Of a DNA stretch of 64,000 nucleotides, positions 1-12,539 are shown one piece after another. Made by a program: the position numbers and the translations under genes. This DNA comes from Octopus sinensis (Eukaryota): contig NC_042997.1 in assembly GCF_006345805.1 (NCBI RefSeq), positions 200,756,001 through 200,820,000 on the forward strand. The letters are read 5' to 3'. Below the pieces are notes generated by a model, which was not told the DNA's origin, searched no databases, and worked only from the letters and a program-made list of their open reading frames with translations. Positions within the stretch are counted from its first letter, which is position 1. Every line of letters starts with the position of its first letter.

Positions 1-744
1 TGCGTATATATATATATATGTATGTATATGTGTATGTGTGTATATGTGTGTGCATGTGTGTGTGCATATATATATATATGTGTGTGTATATATATATATA
101 TATAAAATGTATGTATATGTGTCTGTGTGTATGTGTGTGTGTGCGTGTGTAAGTGTGTGTGTGTATGAATGTTTGCTCGTGTAAGTAAATTCTTAATACC
201 GTTTCTGAAAGAAATCATGTTCGAAAATCCAATATATTTTGTTTTTAACCAGCGTCAGACATTTGTTCACTTCTGCTCCCTGAAGGCGTTATAACTTATA
301 CTTCCTTTCAAAAATATATAATAATGATAGAATGACAGAATGACAGAATGATAGAATATTTCAAACTCGCATTCCCTTATATTGCCAACGTTCATGTCAA
401 ATAAGTAAAAACAAAAGAACTAATCAAATATTTGATCTTTAATTACAAAAAGAAATACTTTAACGTCTCTAATATTAAAGTAATTTGACATTATTCTCAC
501 CTTTTCTACTTAAATTACAAACTGGGAAAAGATTAACCAGCTGTAATCATTGACACAGGGACATTTCTTTCATTGTTGTGATGATCCAAAAGATGAGATT
601 TCAAAGATGCTAAAATGAAATTTTCTTCGCATCTTTACAATTTTCATCAATTCCTGCCTGCAGCGGAGTTGGAATCATCAATGGTTCAAAGACAAGTCGA
701 TTTATTAGCGGAAGTTTAGGATTCTTAAAAGGAGAGAATTTCTT

Positions 745-745
745 C

Positions 746-777
<32 letters not shown>

Positions 778-1070
778 CTTCTTTTCTTCTTCTTCTTCTT
801 CTCTTCTTCTTCTTCTTCTTCTTCTTCTCCTTCGTCTTCTTCTTCTTCTTCTTCTTCTTCTTCTTCTTCTTCTTCTTCTTCTTCTTCTTCTTCTTCTTCT
901 TCTCCTTCGTCTTCTTCTTCTTCTCTTCTCTTCTTCTTCTTCTTCTCCTCCGTCTTCTTCTTCTTATCTTCTTCTTCTTCTTCTTCTTCTTCTCCTCCGT
1001 CTTCTTCTTCTTCTTCTTCTTCTTCTTCTTCTTCTTTTTCTTCTTCTTCTTCTCCTTCTTCTTCTCCTTC
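745..1070. repeat. (CTT)n microsatellite with interruptions
   Basis: Directly visible CTT run; source of the poly-K/R/E ORF 725..1102. Confidence 0.95.
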
Positions 1071-1074
1071 TTAT

Positions 1075-1275
1075 TGCGATGAGCTGGCAGAAACGTTAGC
1101 ACGCCGGGCGAAATGCTTAGCGATATTTCGTCTGTCGTTACATTCTGAGTTCAAATTCTGCCGAGGTCGACTTTACCTTTCATCCTTTCGGGGTCGATAA
1201 ATTAAGTACCACTTGCGTACTGGAGTCGATACAATCGACAAGTCCCCTTTCCCAAATTTGAGGCCTTGTAGAAAT
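1075..1275 (+). mobile_element. tRNA-derived SINE, family A
   Basis: Head gagctggcagaaacgttagc, B-box gagttcaaattc, body shared with copies at 9.5, 24.1, 26.4 and 42.5 kb. Confidence 0.85.
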
Positions 1276-1295
1276 GATTATGATTATTATTATTC

Positions 1296-1860
1296 CTTCG
1301 TAACACAGTGTAGGTAAAAATGCACCGGAGTCTTTAGTCATCTGTCAAGTGACAACAAGGACCTCAGGCAGATGATACTTTCCTTGAGATGTGTGCTGTG
1401 CCCAATAAGGCTGCTTTTTGCAAGACATCAATCTTGCATGGGATTTCCAGTTGCCTTAAGAAGTCTTGAAGTTTCAATGGGATTGAGCCCAACACTCCGA
1501 TCACTTCTGGTGTCACTTATACATTACCCTCTTACATTCCATACAGTCTTGCCATTTCCACTTTAAGTTCGGAGTACTTAGTGATTTTTCAACCTCTTTA
1601 CTCACAACATTCATGTCATTTGGTGTGGCTTACAGCAATGATCTGACAGAATTTATCTCTCTTATTCAATAGGACAATATCCGGCTGAAAATGTTCGATT
1701 ACACGATCCGTCTGAAAATCATAGTCCCAGGGTGTCGTTACTTTTCCATCCTCCTGCATAAATTTACTTGGTACATGCTCATACCAGTTCTCTGTTACTT
1801 CATATTGGTATTTACGGCATAAGAGCCAATGAAGATACAATTTACAGCATAAGAGCCAAT
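1296..1860 (-). mobile_element. 5'-truncated degenerate R4/Dong-clade retrotransposon, RLE region
   Basis: ORF 1616..1840 has HWLLC..WYEH..DFQTDR..PDIVL; downstream frames give GTAHISRKV; ends next to a short AAT tract. Confidence 0.75.
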
Positions 1861-1909
1861 ATCCTCCTCCTCCTCCTCCTCCTCCTCATCATCATCATCA
1901 TCATCATCA

Positions 1910-1962
<53 letters not shown>

Positions 1963-1965
1963 TTA

Positions 1966-2644
1966 TTGTCTTTGCACAACTTCTAACGCTGGAGATGTAT
2001 TACGGTGTTTTCTGTTCACTACCAGTGAACTAAGGTAACAACTCTTATTTTTCGAGCACCATCCAGAATATTCGAGCGGCTACAGGCAGTGCGGTTTTCT
2101 GCAAGTGCTCCACCCTTATTGCAGCACCTATCTTTTCCATGCATTTCTCAAAAGTTTTACTCACTGTTCCCAGAGCTTCGACAATTATTGGTACTACTAC
2201 CACCTTTTTCAGCGACCACAACTGCTTAACATCCCAAGCTAACCTATTATATCTATCGATTTTTCTTTCTTCCTTATTGCATACCTTGTTGTCAGCTGGG
2301 TATGCAATATCTATGATCCAGCACTGTTTGCTTTCTTTCTCAATTAACACTATGTCTAGTTTCCTATTCTCTATCCCACGGTCGCACTGAATCATAAAAT
2401 CACACAGGATCTTTACATTATCATTTCCTATGATGCCTTCGGGTTTATGTTCACACAACTTCTTTGCTCTTTTAAGTTCCATACTTACTGCAATGTATCA
2501 AATGGACGATCCTTGCTATATTGTCATGACGTCTCTTATATTCTTTCTGGGCTAGTGGCGTACATTGACTGGTAATATGCCATACTGTTTCACTATTTTG
2601 TCCACAAATTCTGCACTTATCACTTCCTGTTGTGTAGTCTATTC
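1966..2644 (-). mobile_element. 5'-truncated R4/Dong-clade retrotransposon (CCHC + RLE) between ATT tracts
   Basis: CRICGQNSETVWHITSQC zinc knuckle; ORF 2045..2482 has DIVLIEKE..IIDIAYP..VPIIVEALG; (ATT)n on both sides. Confidence 0.85.
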
Positions 2645-2682
2645 TATATTATTATTATTATCATTATTATTATTATTGTTAT

Positions 2683-2715
<33 letters not shown>

Positions 2716-2901
2716 TATTATTATTATTATTATTACTATTATTATTATTATTATTATTATTATTATCACTATCATTATCACTATCATTATCATTATATTA
2801 TTATTATAATTATTATTATTATTATTACATTTATCATTATTATTATTATATTATTATATTATTATTATTATTATTATTATTATTCATTATTATTATTATT
2901 A

Positions 2902-2934
<33 letters not shown>

Positions 2935-3071
2935 CACTATCATTATCATTATTATTATATTATTATATTATTATTATTATATTATTATTATTATTATATT
3001 ATTATTATACAATTATTATCATTATTATTATTATTATTATTATTTATTATTATTATTATATTATTATTATT
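2645..3071. repeat. (ATT)n microsatellite
   Basis: Directly visible. Confidence 0.95.
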
Positions 3072-3440
3072 GAGTGAGAGAGCAGTGCCTGCCATCAAAG
3101 TGACACTGGGGTAAAATATATGAAGCCCAGTACACCCACCATGACTAGCCGTGCACCAGGCATATGCATCATAACCATATGTTCGCGATATAGTAATCTC
3201 ATATCAAGATTAACAGCGCATGTCCTTGCAGGCCGGGCCCAGTTTGAATTCTCTTCAAGTCGAGTAACCCATCTCACTCAAAATGTCCCTAAATAATGGT
3301 TCTTTAAGGATGTTGAACGAAACACCCATGTTTCCAGATGTGAGTTATCCAAACCCCAAAGAATTCCTCTCAACACATGGCTATGATGCTCCCCACTACT
3401 TCTACTCGTGATCAGAGATGCACATATCGTCAGCCGCTTG
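3072..3440 (-). mobile_element. Truncated copy of the ~560-bp AAT-flanked non-coding element
   Basis: gagtgagagagcagt..gtgacactggggtaaaata matches 30466-31019 and the reverse complement of 58391-58948. Confidence 0.85.
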
Positions 3441-3899
3441 ACCTGTAACTTATAAATTAGATATCTTACGAAGAGAGAGACATTTCATTAAAATTAAAGA
3501 TGAAATTAATTAGAATCCGGACGAAAGTTATGTAATTTTTTTGTTTCATAGATGTCGCTAATTTAGGATTCAAGAGAAAAAGAGAAGTTTCTTAATGCAG
3601 GGAATAACAGCCGTTTCTTAAATTTGTCTTTTTTTTTATCTTTGTCTTTCGGTTGTGTCTTTTCTTAATTGATTTCATCGAGGTGTGAATGCTCTTTTGT
3701 TGCAATTGCTCACTTTCCTATGTAACACTGCTTCTCATAACGTTTGCTTTGTTTTCGTATTCATATAACAGTTGTTTCGGGGGCGGGGGAATAAACACTT
3801 TCATTCGTAACCACAGTGAATAATGCCAATATTATTTAGTTTATTCTGGTGATATTTATGTTCATCCTTGTTTTTATTGTGTGTGCAATGGCCGCATTT

Positions 3900-6250
3900 A
3901 CGTTTGCTGTTGCTATTTCTTTGTTAATATTTATACCTCGGAATTACCGCCATTATCCATAGGAAGATCTATTGATTTTAGTACTTAATGTATTTCCATG
4001 TTTAGATTATTGTCAAATACATCGCTGGAATTATATACGCTCTGTCTCATATTTCCTTTGATCTATAACCTTCTTCGTGATGTTTTGTTTCCGTTTTTGG
4101 TTGTAAATATTCAGCAGTAAAATCGGGTTTGACTTTTTTGCGTGTTATTTCCTTTGTATTTTACCTGTTTATGTCCATCTCCACAGATTATGACCTCAAT
4201 GTCGTTTTTTGTTTTTAAATTATTACATTCGTTTGCTCCTTTATTGTTTCATATTTGTCCATTGTTTGTGTTTCAATTACGAATTTTTTTTTGTTTCAAA
4301 TGCTCGACTTCCATGTCTGGTGTGTTTTTGTGACATGGATGATATATATAGTCTTAAATTAGTTGTTCTTTTGGAATTCAAAAGCATTGTACTTGTAGAT
4401 CAGGGTATATTTTCTTATGAAATTATTGTTAGAGTTGCGGTTTTCGGATAAAACGTAGTCGTAAAATATTTGTATATTTTACAGTCAAATCCTTTTTGCA
4501 TCCTTTTCTTCTGTTTCTCTCATATTTGTGAGATAAGTCCGAACATTTATTTAGATTGTCATAATTTTCGTCGGTAACGGGTTATTTGCTTTTGACAAAT
4601 ACATAACTCGAATGTGTGGTTGGCGCGGCTGAGGTTACTGTATCATTTTGGTGTTGATTCGATTTGTGCTCCGTTAGTTTGTTTACATATAATGGCCGAT
4701 CGATGACCATTATGAACATTTGCAATGCCTTACTTATATTTGGTAACAGACAATAAAATTTTACTAATAAATCAATGTATTACTTATACAAGATATTCTT
4801 CAACATGTCTGTCATATTCTTACAATTTGTTCGTATTTATTTCACTGATGTTAATGGAGACGTTCCATTTTGTTCTAAGTAAAACTTCGGACAAATTGTC
4901 AGGCGGCATTTCTTCCAATTCTTTATGTTATTAATTCATTTCCGTCTTTTATCCTTCCGAAATTAATAAAATAAAGTATCACTCAAGTACTTTATTTTAT
5001 CAATAAAATAAAGTGACCGACTTAATCATAAATCCACTCTCCTTAACAGTGCGGGTCTTGTGCCTAAATTAGACTTGAATGACAAACACATTGGAGCGCC
5101 GGACGAAATACATTGCACTATTTCTTTTGGTTCTTTATTATGAGTTTAGACGCCGCCAAGAAATCATCTTTGCTTTTCATCCTTGATGTGTCAATAAAAT
5201 AACATTCACATCCAGATCGATTTAACCGACTGACTCCCCCTCCAATCACATGGCCTGATTTCCGTCTTAATTAGAAATCACAATATGATTAAAGAATAAA
5301 GAAAAAAATGGTTTCCGGTGTTTGTTCTAGGTTTTTATTCTCTGATTTCACATCCTGTCGAAGTCAACCTTATTTTTCATCACTCCGAGGTCGATAAAAT
5401 GAAGTACCAGTGAAATACCCCTCAAAATTGCTGGCCTTGTCCCTAAATTAGAAACAACTGTTATAGATAAAGCTGTATGTGTTGTTGCCGCTTTTAGGGT
5501 TTGCCATTTCTTTAGTCTTAAGATTAAGACAACTTCCCGCTTAGTGAGCCAGTCACGGGTTGTTCTCTATTCTATAAGCGTTTGATTGAATATTGTATTA
5601 CCCTTCCCTTTGTACGTGTTTTTTTTACTATTTCACACAAATGTTTTGAAATTTATCATTTCCTGGTGCCTTCCAGTTGTTTATTGTCCGTAACGTCTAG
5701 AAAATTCCACTGATTGCTCAGGTTCTACGTTTATTGTCTCGTCCCACCCGTTGTGCTATATTTCTTTTTCTTTATCTATTATCACTCCCGCAATTCATCT
5801 ACGAATCATGCTTATTGGTGTGGCATTGATTTCTATATTATTTTTAACCAGTCCCTGATAAAATTGATTTAAATTGGAGTCTAACTGGTCATTTTCTTCA
5901 AAGAAACACTGTTTTTCATAACGACGGTTTCTTTACGAGTTTGCGAGGATTTCTTATTGCAGACGATCATTGATTTGGCTACTTTATTTTGTTACAATAT
6001 ATTTCTATACTATTTATCTTTCCTTCATATATATTTTTTTTCAGTTGTGTCTTTCCGTTATTGATTTCGTTAAGGTTTGAAGCGATCTACTATTATTATT
6101 GTTTAGCCTTACTGTATGTCTGTTTTACACATTATTTATTTTGTGCTGATATTCATATAACATCAATTTTAAGGAAGTGCCCCGTTTTCTTTTTTAACTA
6201 AGTGGATGCGGCTTATATTAATGAGTTTATTTTGTCGCTATAAATTATCG
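3900..6250 (-). mobile_element. Highly decayed R4/Dong-like remnants, probably two pieces, with a SINE A fragment at ~5335-5455
   Basis: Minus-strand translations give RRYEKQCFFEEN, NWKAPGND, DWLTK and QTWKSSI, resembling the N-terminal and RT0 regions of the 18 kb and 53 kb copies; boundaries approximate. Confidence 0.5.
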
Positions 6251-6329
6251 GGCGTGCGTTAGGGTAGGTTGGTGGTGAAGTAAGCGAGTGGTTTGATGTG
6301 AAGGTGGCGTTAAGACAACGTTGTGTGAT

Positions 6330-7450
6330 ATCTCCGTGGCTGTTTGATTATATATATGGATGTTGTGGGGAGAGAGGTGAATGCTAGAAACTTTGGTAAA
6401 GGAGAACAAATGGTGGGAGAAAAAGGAGAGAAATGGTAGGTTAGTCAGTTGTTGTTTGTTGATGATACAGCACTGGTGGCGAATTGGGAAGAGCAACTGA
6501 GGAGACTGGTGGTAGAGTTTGGAAGAGTGTGTGAGAGGCGGAAACCGAAAGTGAATGTAGCTAAGAGTAAGATGATGAGATGCTTGAGAGATGGAATGCC
6601 AGGTAGGATGGGTGTGAGTATAAATGGTGAGATGTTAGAGGAGGTGAGCGCTTTTAAGTTTCTGGGATCACATGTGACATTGGATGGTGCGGTGTTGGCA
6701 GAGGAAATGGGACACAGAGTGAGGTGGGGAGTAAGATACTTAGAGTTACGAAAGGTAAGCTGAGAGATAAAAGGTTGAGTATGAAAGCGAAAAGAGATGT
6801 GTATGAGAGCGTGATTGTGTCGACAATGTTATATGATGAAGCGACGTGGAGGCTGAGAGAGGCGGAAAGGAGACGACTAGATGTGTTTGAGATGAGATGT
6901 TTGAAGATTATGGTTGGTGTGACACGGATGGACAGGTTGAGGAATGAGGAGGTGCAAAGGCGAGCAGGAATGTGAGAAAAACTAACAACCAAAATGGATA
7001 GACGAATGTTGAGGCGGTTTGGACACACGGAGAGGATGGATGAGGAGCGGATGGTGAGGAGGGTGATGAAGGCAAAAATGGTAAGCAGCAGAACCAGAAG
7101 CAGACCCCGGTTTGTGTGGATGGATGGAGTGAGGAAAGCTTTGGTGGTCAGAGATGTTGCACCGAGAGAGGCAAGAGAGTTTATTAATGATAGGAAAGCT
7201 TGGAGTGTGTTTGTGGACGGAAGAGAGAATTTGATGTTGCTCAAAGGGGCACGGAACCAGCATGATGCGGTGGGGGTAAACCAGCATATGCTGTCGGGCC
7301 CTGCTGCTGCTGATATTGGGGGTTGCGTTCTATGCCTTGACCCGAGCATAGAACGGGGTTCGCTTCTTTGAGGTGGGAAATGAATGGAATGCCTGGTGTG
7401 TGTCTTTTGGCTAACCCCTTCTGAAAAAATGGGGAACAGGTCTGGGTATA
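6330..7450 (+). mobile_element. 5'-truncated RTE-like LINE (RT C-terminus + 3' UTR), frameshifted
   Basis: LFVDDTALVA..EFGRVCERRKPKVNVAKSK, FKFLGSHV, LRRFGHTERMDEERMVRRV..RPRFVWMDGV across ORFs 6449-7371. Confidence 0.8.
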
Positions 7451-8554
7451 TAAAAAAATTATTTCTCAGAGCTTGTGTGGAATAACTTGATAAAATACAG
7501 TGCATTATCTCAGCAAATGTTCTATACATGAGGCATTTCGATCTTAAGATGCTGAGCCTTATGGAAGAGATTTTAAAAAACTGGTGCTTTGCTGTGCTTG
7601 AGAAAACCCGCCCACCACAACAGAACTGATATCCACAAACCACCTTAATAAATGCTGGTACGTGCAAAGCTCTGTCTCACCTCCATTCTCTTTGCCCTGT
7701 CAAGCTTTCCCGACATCTCATTCTTTACACTCATCAATTCTTTATCTTTGATATCATCGGCTACCATAACTATCTGATTGCAGAAAAGGCATACCTCGAA
7801 GGGTTTGCTTGTTGCTTGTGTTGCAAAATATGTATCGCTGTTGGACCTTTCTTCGTTGGAGAAAAACTGCCAGTAGAATAACTGAAGCTCACTCGGGGTG
7901 TCTGACCGAGTATCTAGCAGCTAGGTTTCGAATCTTCGCTACAAGCTGTCTCCTTCCAGCTCTTTTCGTGAAAGTAAAAAAGAAAAAAAGAAAAAAAGAA
8001 AAAAAAGCGAAATAATAAAACAGATGATTTACATTAAAAAAATAAATGATAGGCCCAACACAACTGCAAAAAGAACAAGAAAAAGAAAAACAGACATTAA
8101 TGCAGAATAAATGCTGAAAGAATGTCTATGTAACAATGATAAGTTTGTAAGATAGGTAAAGTTTTGCACTTATTTTTACTTTTCTCTTTGGAACTGTAAA
8201 AAAAGAATTTCTTGTGCAGGAAAATACGAGCCTGAGTGTATCGGGAATGCAAAGTATTGATAGGAAAATGAGATTGTACTTTTGTTGCAAAAATTTTCCG
8301 CTCCGTTGGTATTACGTATATCCACAGCAAACTGAAATTTAATCTAGATGTTTGATGTCTCTTGGGAAGTATTTATCCGTGTTGGAATATAATGTGTAGG
8401 TTAAAGGACGAATATCAGCGCAGATGCTGCTGGTTCTTCTTTCCAAGAAATGGCTTAAGTGCTGTATCGGTAAATAAGCTGCTGTTTTCCCGTGTTTGAG
8501 CGGACGATTTGGAAGAACATAGTCGAATGCATGTGTGGGTGTGTAAGTGGAAGC

Positions 8555-8735
8555 ACTCCGTCGGTTACGACTACGAGGGTTCCGGTTGATCCGATCAACG
8601 GAACAGCCTGCTCGTGAAATTAACGTGTAAGTGGCTGAGCACTCCACAGACACGTGTACCCTTAACGTAGTTCTCGGGGATATTCAGCGTAACACAGAGA
8701 GTGACAAGGCCGGCCCTTTGAGATACCTGTGTGTA
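8555..8735 (-). mobile_element. 3' segment of SINE family C
   Basis: Similar to 22345-22480, 50636-50767 and 51075-51240. Confidence 0.6.
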
Positions 8736-9159
8736 AGTACCAAAACAGTCGCAATACGAACAAAATCTCATGGATCTCCTCCCAATAACTATATGGTTGA
8801 GAAGCAAACTTCTTACCACGTAGCAATGTCTGCGCCTCTGTTTTGGATTTCAAATGTATTTGGTTCTTCACGCTCTGATTTGATGTCAATATCTGTTTCT
8901 TTCCTTTTCACACATTTATTCCATCCCATCATTTATACACTGCAATTTGACGTGTTCACACGTATTGATTCACGAGACGAGAGAGTTAGATTGTTTTCAT
9001 CATGAACAAATATCTAGAGACATTTTATGATCATTAACCACTTGTGCTAGTCACTTGCTTTTACGTTTTTATATAATTTCACTCAAAAGCAGTAGATTTC
9101 AAACTGTATATATAAGCAATAATAAATCTCTGAACGAGATGTAAGCAGTAACCGCTCGG

Positions 9160-9437
9160 CAACGTAAGGTATACTAGCCATCTCAATATGGCTAACCACT
9201 AAGGGTGGGTGTTACTGTAGCTTTTTAGCCCCAGGAGATCATCGTCTCCAGCTGGCTTTAAGCACACTTTCTGTGCCCTTATGATATTTGGGATGACCTC
9301 CCTTTGCAAATATCATAAGGGCACAGAAAGTGTGCCTAAAGCCAGCTGGAGACGATGATCTCCTGGGGCTAAAAATCTACAGTAACACCCACCCTTAGTG
9401 GTTAGTCATATTGAGATGGCTAGTATACTTTACGTTG
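9160..9437. repeat. Long near-perfect inverted repeat (131-bp arms, 16-nt loop)
   Basis: 9160-9290 is the reverse complement of 9307-9437 with 4 mismatches by manual alignment. Confidence 0.95.
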
Positions 9438-9546
9438 TATATATAAGACAGTAATGAAAATAAGTGAAGCAAAGCATCTGGATATATTTTAAAGATTTTT
9501 ACTCCTAATACTATTGTATTTATGGGTAACTGATATATATTTTTAA

Positions 9547-9952
9547 GGCGCCGAGCTGGCAGAAACGTTAGCACACCGGGCGAAATGCTTAGCAGTATTG
9601 CGTCTGTCGTTGCGTTCTGAGTTCAAATTCCGTCGAGGTCGACTTTGCCTTTCATCCTTTCGTGGTCGATAAATTAAGTACCAGTTACGCACTGGGGTCG
9701 ATATAATCGACTTAATCCGTTTGTCTGTCCTTGTTTGTCCCCTCTGTGTTTAGCCCCTGGGTGTAAAGAAATAGGTATTTCGTCCGTCTTTACGTTGAGT
9801 TCAAATTCCGTCGAGGTCGACTTGCCTTTATCCTTTCGGGGTCGATAAATTAAGTACCAGTTACGCACTGGGGTCGATATAATACGATTAATCCGTTTGT
9901 CTGTCCTTGTTTATCCCCTCTATGTTTAGCCCCTTGTGGGCAATAAAGAAAC
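9547..9952 (+). mobile_element. SINE family A with internally duplicated body
   Basis: Head ggcgccgagctggcagaaacg; body present twice, ending ..aaagaaa. Confidence 0.9.
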
Positions 9953-9977
9953 AGATATATATTTTTTCCATTGCTCA

Positions 9978-10486
9978 TCTATATATATAAAACTAGTTGT
10001 TTGAGTGTCTGTCCCCTTCGATTAGATTCCTAACTACTCCACATTTTGCGGTGCAGTTTAACCAAATTCGGGTATCTTATAGTCGTGATTCATATCGAGC
10101 CCGTCTGGCCATTAGCGCGGTCTACAATGATCTACGATTTTAAAAATAATTTAACATCATTTTTTATTCCATTTTATGCATAATTTTTTCGTGTGTCGAT
10201 GGCGGCGGAGAGTTGGCGTCCATGGTCACACCTGCACCTGTTTGCTTCTCCCCCTTCTTCCCTCCCTCGTGAAGCTGTGGGGAAGGGAGTGTAAGGAAAT
10301 CAACGTCGTAAAGCGTTGTCAAGGAGACCAGCGTTCTTTTAGAACAACGACTTCATGGCTTGAAGACACCAAAACAGAAATGGCTAAGAAAGCCCGAATT
10401 GGCATCTATAAGGGAAGTAACTCTCTAAAAATGCTTATATAGTTATTTCCCTTACAAACCCGAGCAACGCCGGGCGATACTGCTAG
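9978..10486 (+). mobile_element. Non-autonomous Helitron
   Basis: A|TCTATATATA 5' end, subterminal hairpin cccgagcaacgccggg (10459-10474), CTAG|T 3' end, no TSD. Confidence 0.8.
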
Positions 10487-10944
10487 TATTTCATGAAATT
10501 AAAGGAAATTAAACGTAGAACAGTTTTTAATGATCTGGGTATACAATATCATATCGTTCTCATCATCGTTGTGGCTGTCGTCGTCGCCGTTGTTCTAACG
10601 TTTACTTTCTTTTTCGCTTGTATCGCTCAGACGAAAAAATCATTTAAGCAATTTTTTTTTTCCTAAAAATAAAATATAAGAAACCATAGAATAGAAGAAC
10701 AGTTCTTGTGTTGAGTTCTGAATATATTTGTCAAGGGAAAGAAACATAATGTAAAGAAGGAGCGAATATTATCACCATCACACCTACAGTGTGAAAAACA
10801 ATACTTGAGAAAGTGTAAATGTTGGTAAGTCGTTACTATGACAGCAGTTTAAGAATGCTGACAGGAGCAATAAGAATAATCTACACTTATGCGTTGAGTC
10901 ATGTATGACTCAATTAAGCATTGAGTCAGATACATATGTCATCA

Positions 10945-11360
10945 TCATCATTATCATCATCATCGTTTAACGTCCGCTTTCCATGCTAGCATGGGTTGGA
11001 CGATTTGACTGAGGTCTGGCGAACCAGATGGATGCACCGGGCTCCAGTCTTGATCTGGCAGAGTTTCTACAGCTGGATGCCCTTCCTAACGCCAACCACT
11101 CTGAGAGTGTAGTGGATGCTTTTACGTGCCACCGGCAAGAGGGCCAGTCAGGCGGTACTGGCAACGGCCACGCTCAAATGGTGCTTTTTATGTGCCACCT
11201 GCACAGGGGCCAGTCCAGCGGCACTGGCAACGACGACCTTGCTCGAATGTTTTTTCACGTGCCACCAGCACAAGTGTTAGTAAGGCAACGCAGGTAACGA
11301 TCACGCTCGAATGGTGTTTTTAACGTGCTATCGGCACGGAGGCCAGCTTGTTGCTCTGGC
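10945..11360 (-). mobile_element. 3' UTR of the (GAT)n-tailed RTE-like LINE
   Basis: Reverse complement of 41130-41490, ending catggaaagcggacgttaaacgatgatgat. Confidence 0.8.
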
Positions 11361-12314
11361 AACGATCTCGCTCGTATGTATATATATAAATAAAGAAGTA
11401 TTATTACCGTTATTTATAGTAATAATAAGGTGGCTAGCAAGTTCACGCCTTTACAGGCAAATTATAAAGTAATTTAAGATTAAGTAGGGTATATAATACC
11501 ACTTGCTAAAATCAGAGCCATTACTCCAAAACCTACCATAAAAATTACGTATGAAAGGAAATATTTACATAGTCAACTGGCTTCACTTGTGTTAATCATG
11601 ACTACAATATTATGCTATCATAAGAAGTTTTCATTCCATGCTAGTAGGAGGAAGGATATGCGTGTGTATGTCAGTGTGTGTGCGCGTGAGTGCGTTGCGC
11701 ACATGCACACACTCATTCACTCATTCACTCACATACACATGCACACGTACACACACACACACACATACACATTTTATAAGACAATATTGAATGTTATTCT
11801 CTTATCGATACTTAGCTAGTAATATTGTTCTGAGAGGAATTAGTTAAATTTAGCAGCGTTTACGGAAATGTGCTTGATTAAATGAATAAGAGTAACATCG
11901 AAAGCCAGTCGACATCATCGAAGAATAAGAAGAGGTTTAGTTAATGCTCTTATGATGATAAGGCTGATATAGAAAGAGAAGGGAGTGAGAATATTTTAGT
12001 TAATTGGAAAAGATAGCAGGAAAAGGAAACAGAAATTTTCTTTAAGTTTACGACTGAAGAAAATTAGATATACGAAATAGACCATTTTCTCCTTTGATTC
12101 TATATTTGTATCAGACTCTTGCATGTGCAAGAGAGGAATATCCTATCTTAAATCAGCTTTAAAACGATGACTTCAGAATTCCATCAGTAATTTTCTAACT
12201 TAGTTCTTCAATTTAATTAACTTTCAATTTATTATATCGAAGCTATTGTTTAATTGTATTGATTACTTTGTTTCTGGCATTAAATTTCGGTTTTAATATT
12301 AGTCTCAGCCATAA

Positions 12315-12530
12315 GGTGCTTAGCTGGCAGAATCGTTAGCATGCCATGCAAAATCCTTGATAGCATTTTGTCTGTCTTTATGTTCTGAGTTCAAATCCTG
12401 CAGAGGTTGTCTTTGACATTCGTCTCTTTGAGGTCAACGATCTCAATACCAGTTGAACACCAGGGTCAATGTAACTGACTTACTCCTCCCCCGAAATTGC
12501 TGGCCCTGAGTCAAAATTTGGAATCATTAT
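12315..12530 (+). mobile_element. Diverged SINE family A
   Basis: agctggcagaatcgttagc head and gagttcaaatcc B-box. Confidence 0.75.
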
Positions 12531-12539
12531 TAGTCTCAC

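Noticed and set aside
725-1102. Lys/Arg/Glu-rich ORF and similar homopolymeric ORFs (2565, 32.5-33.8 kb, 43.2-45.7 kb, 61.8-63.4 kb)
   Set aside because: They are translations of microsatellites with no domain or splice support.
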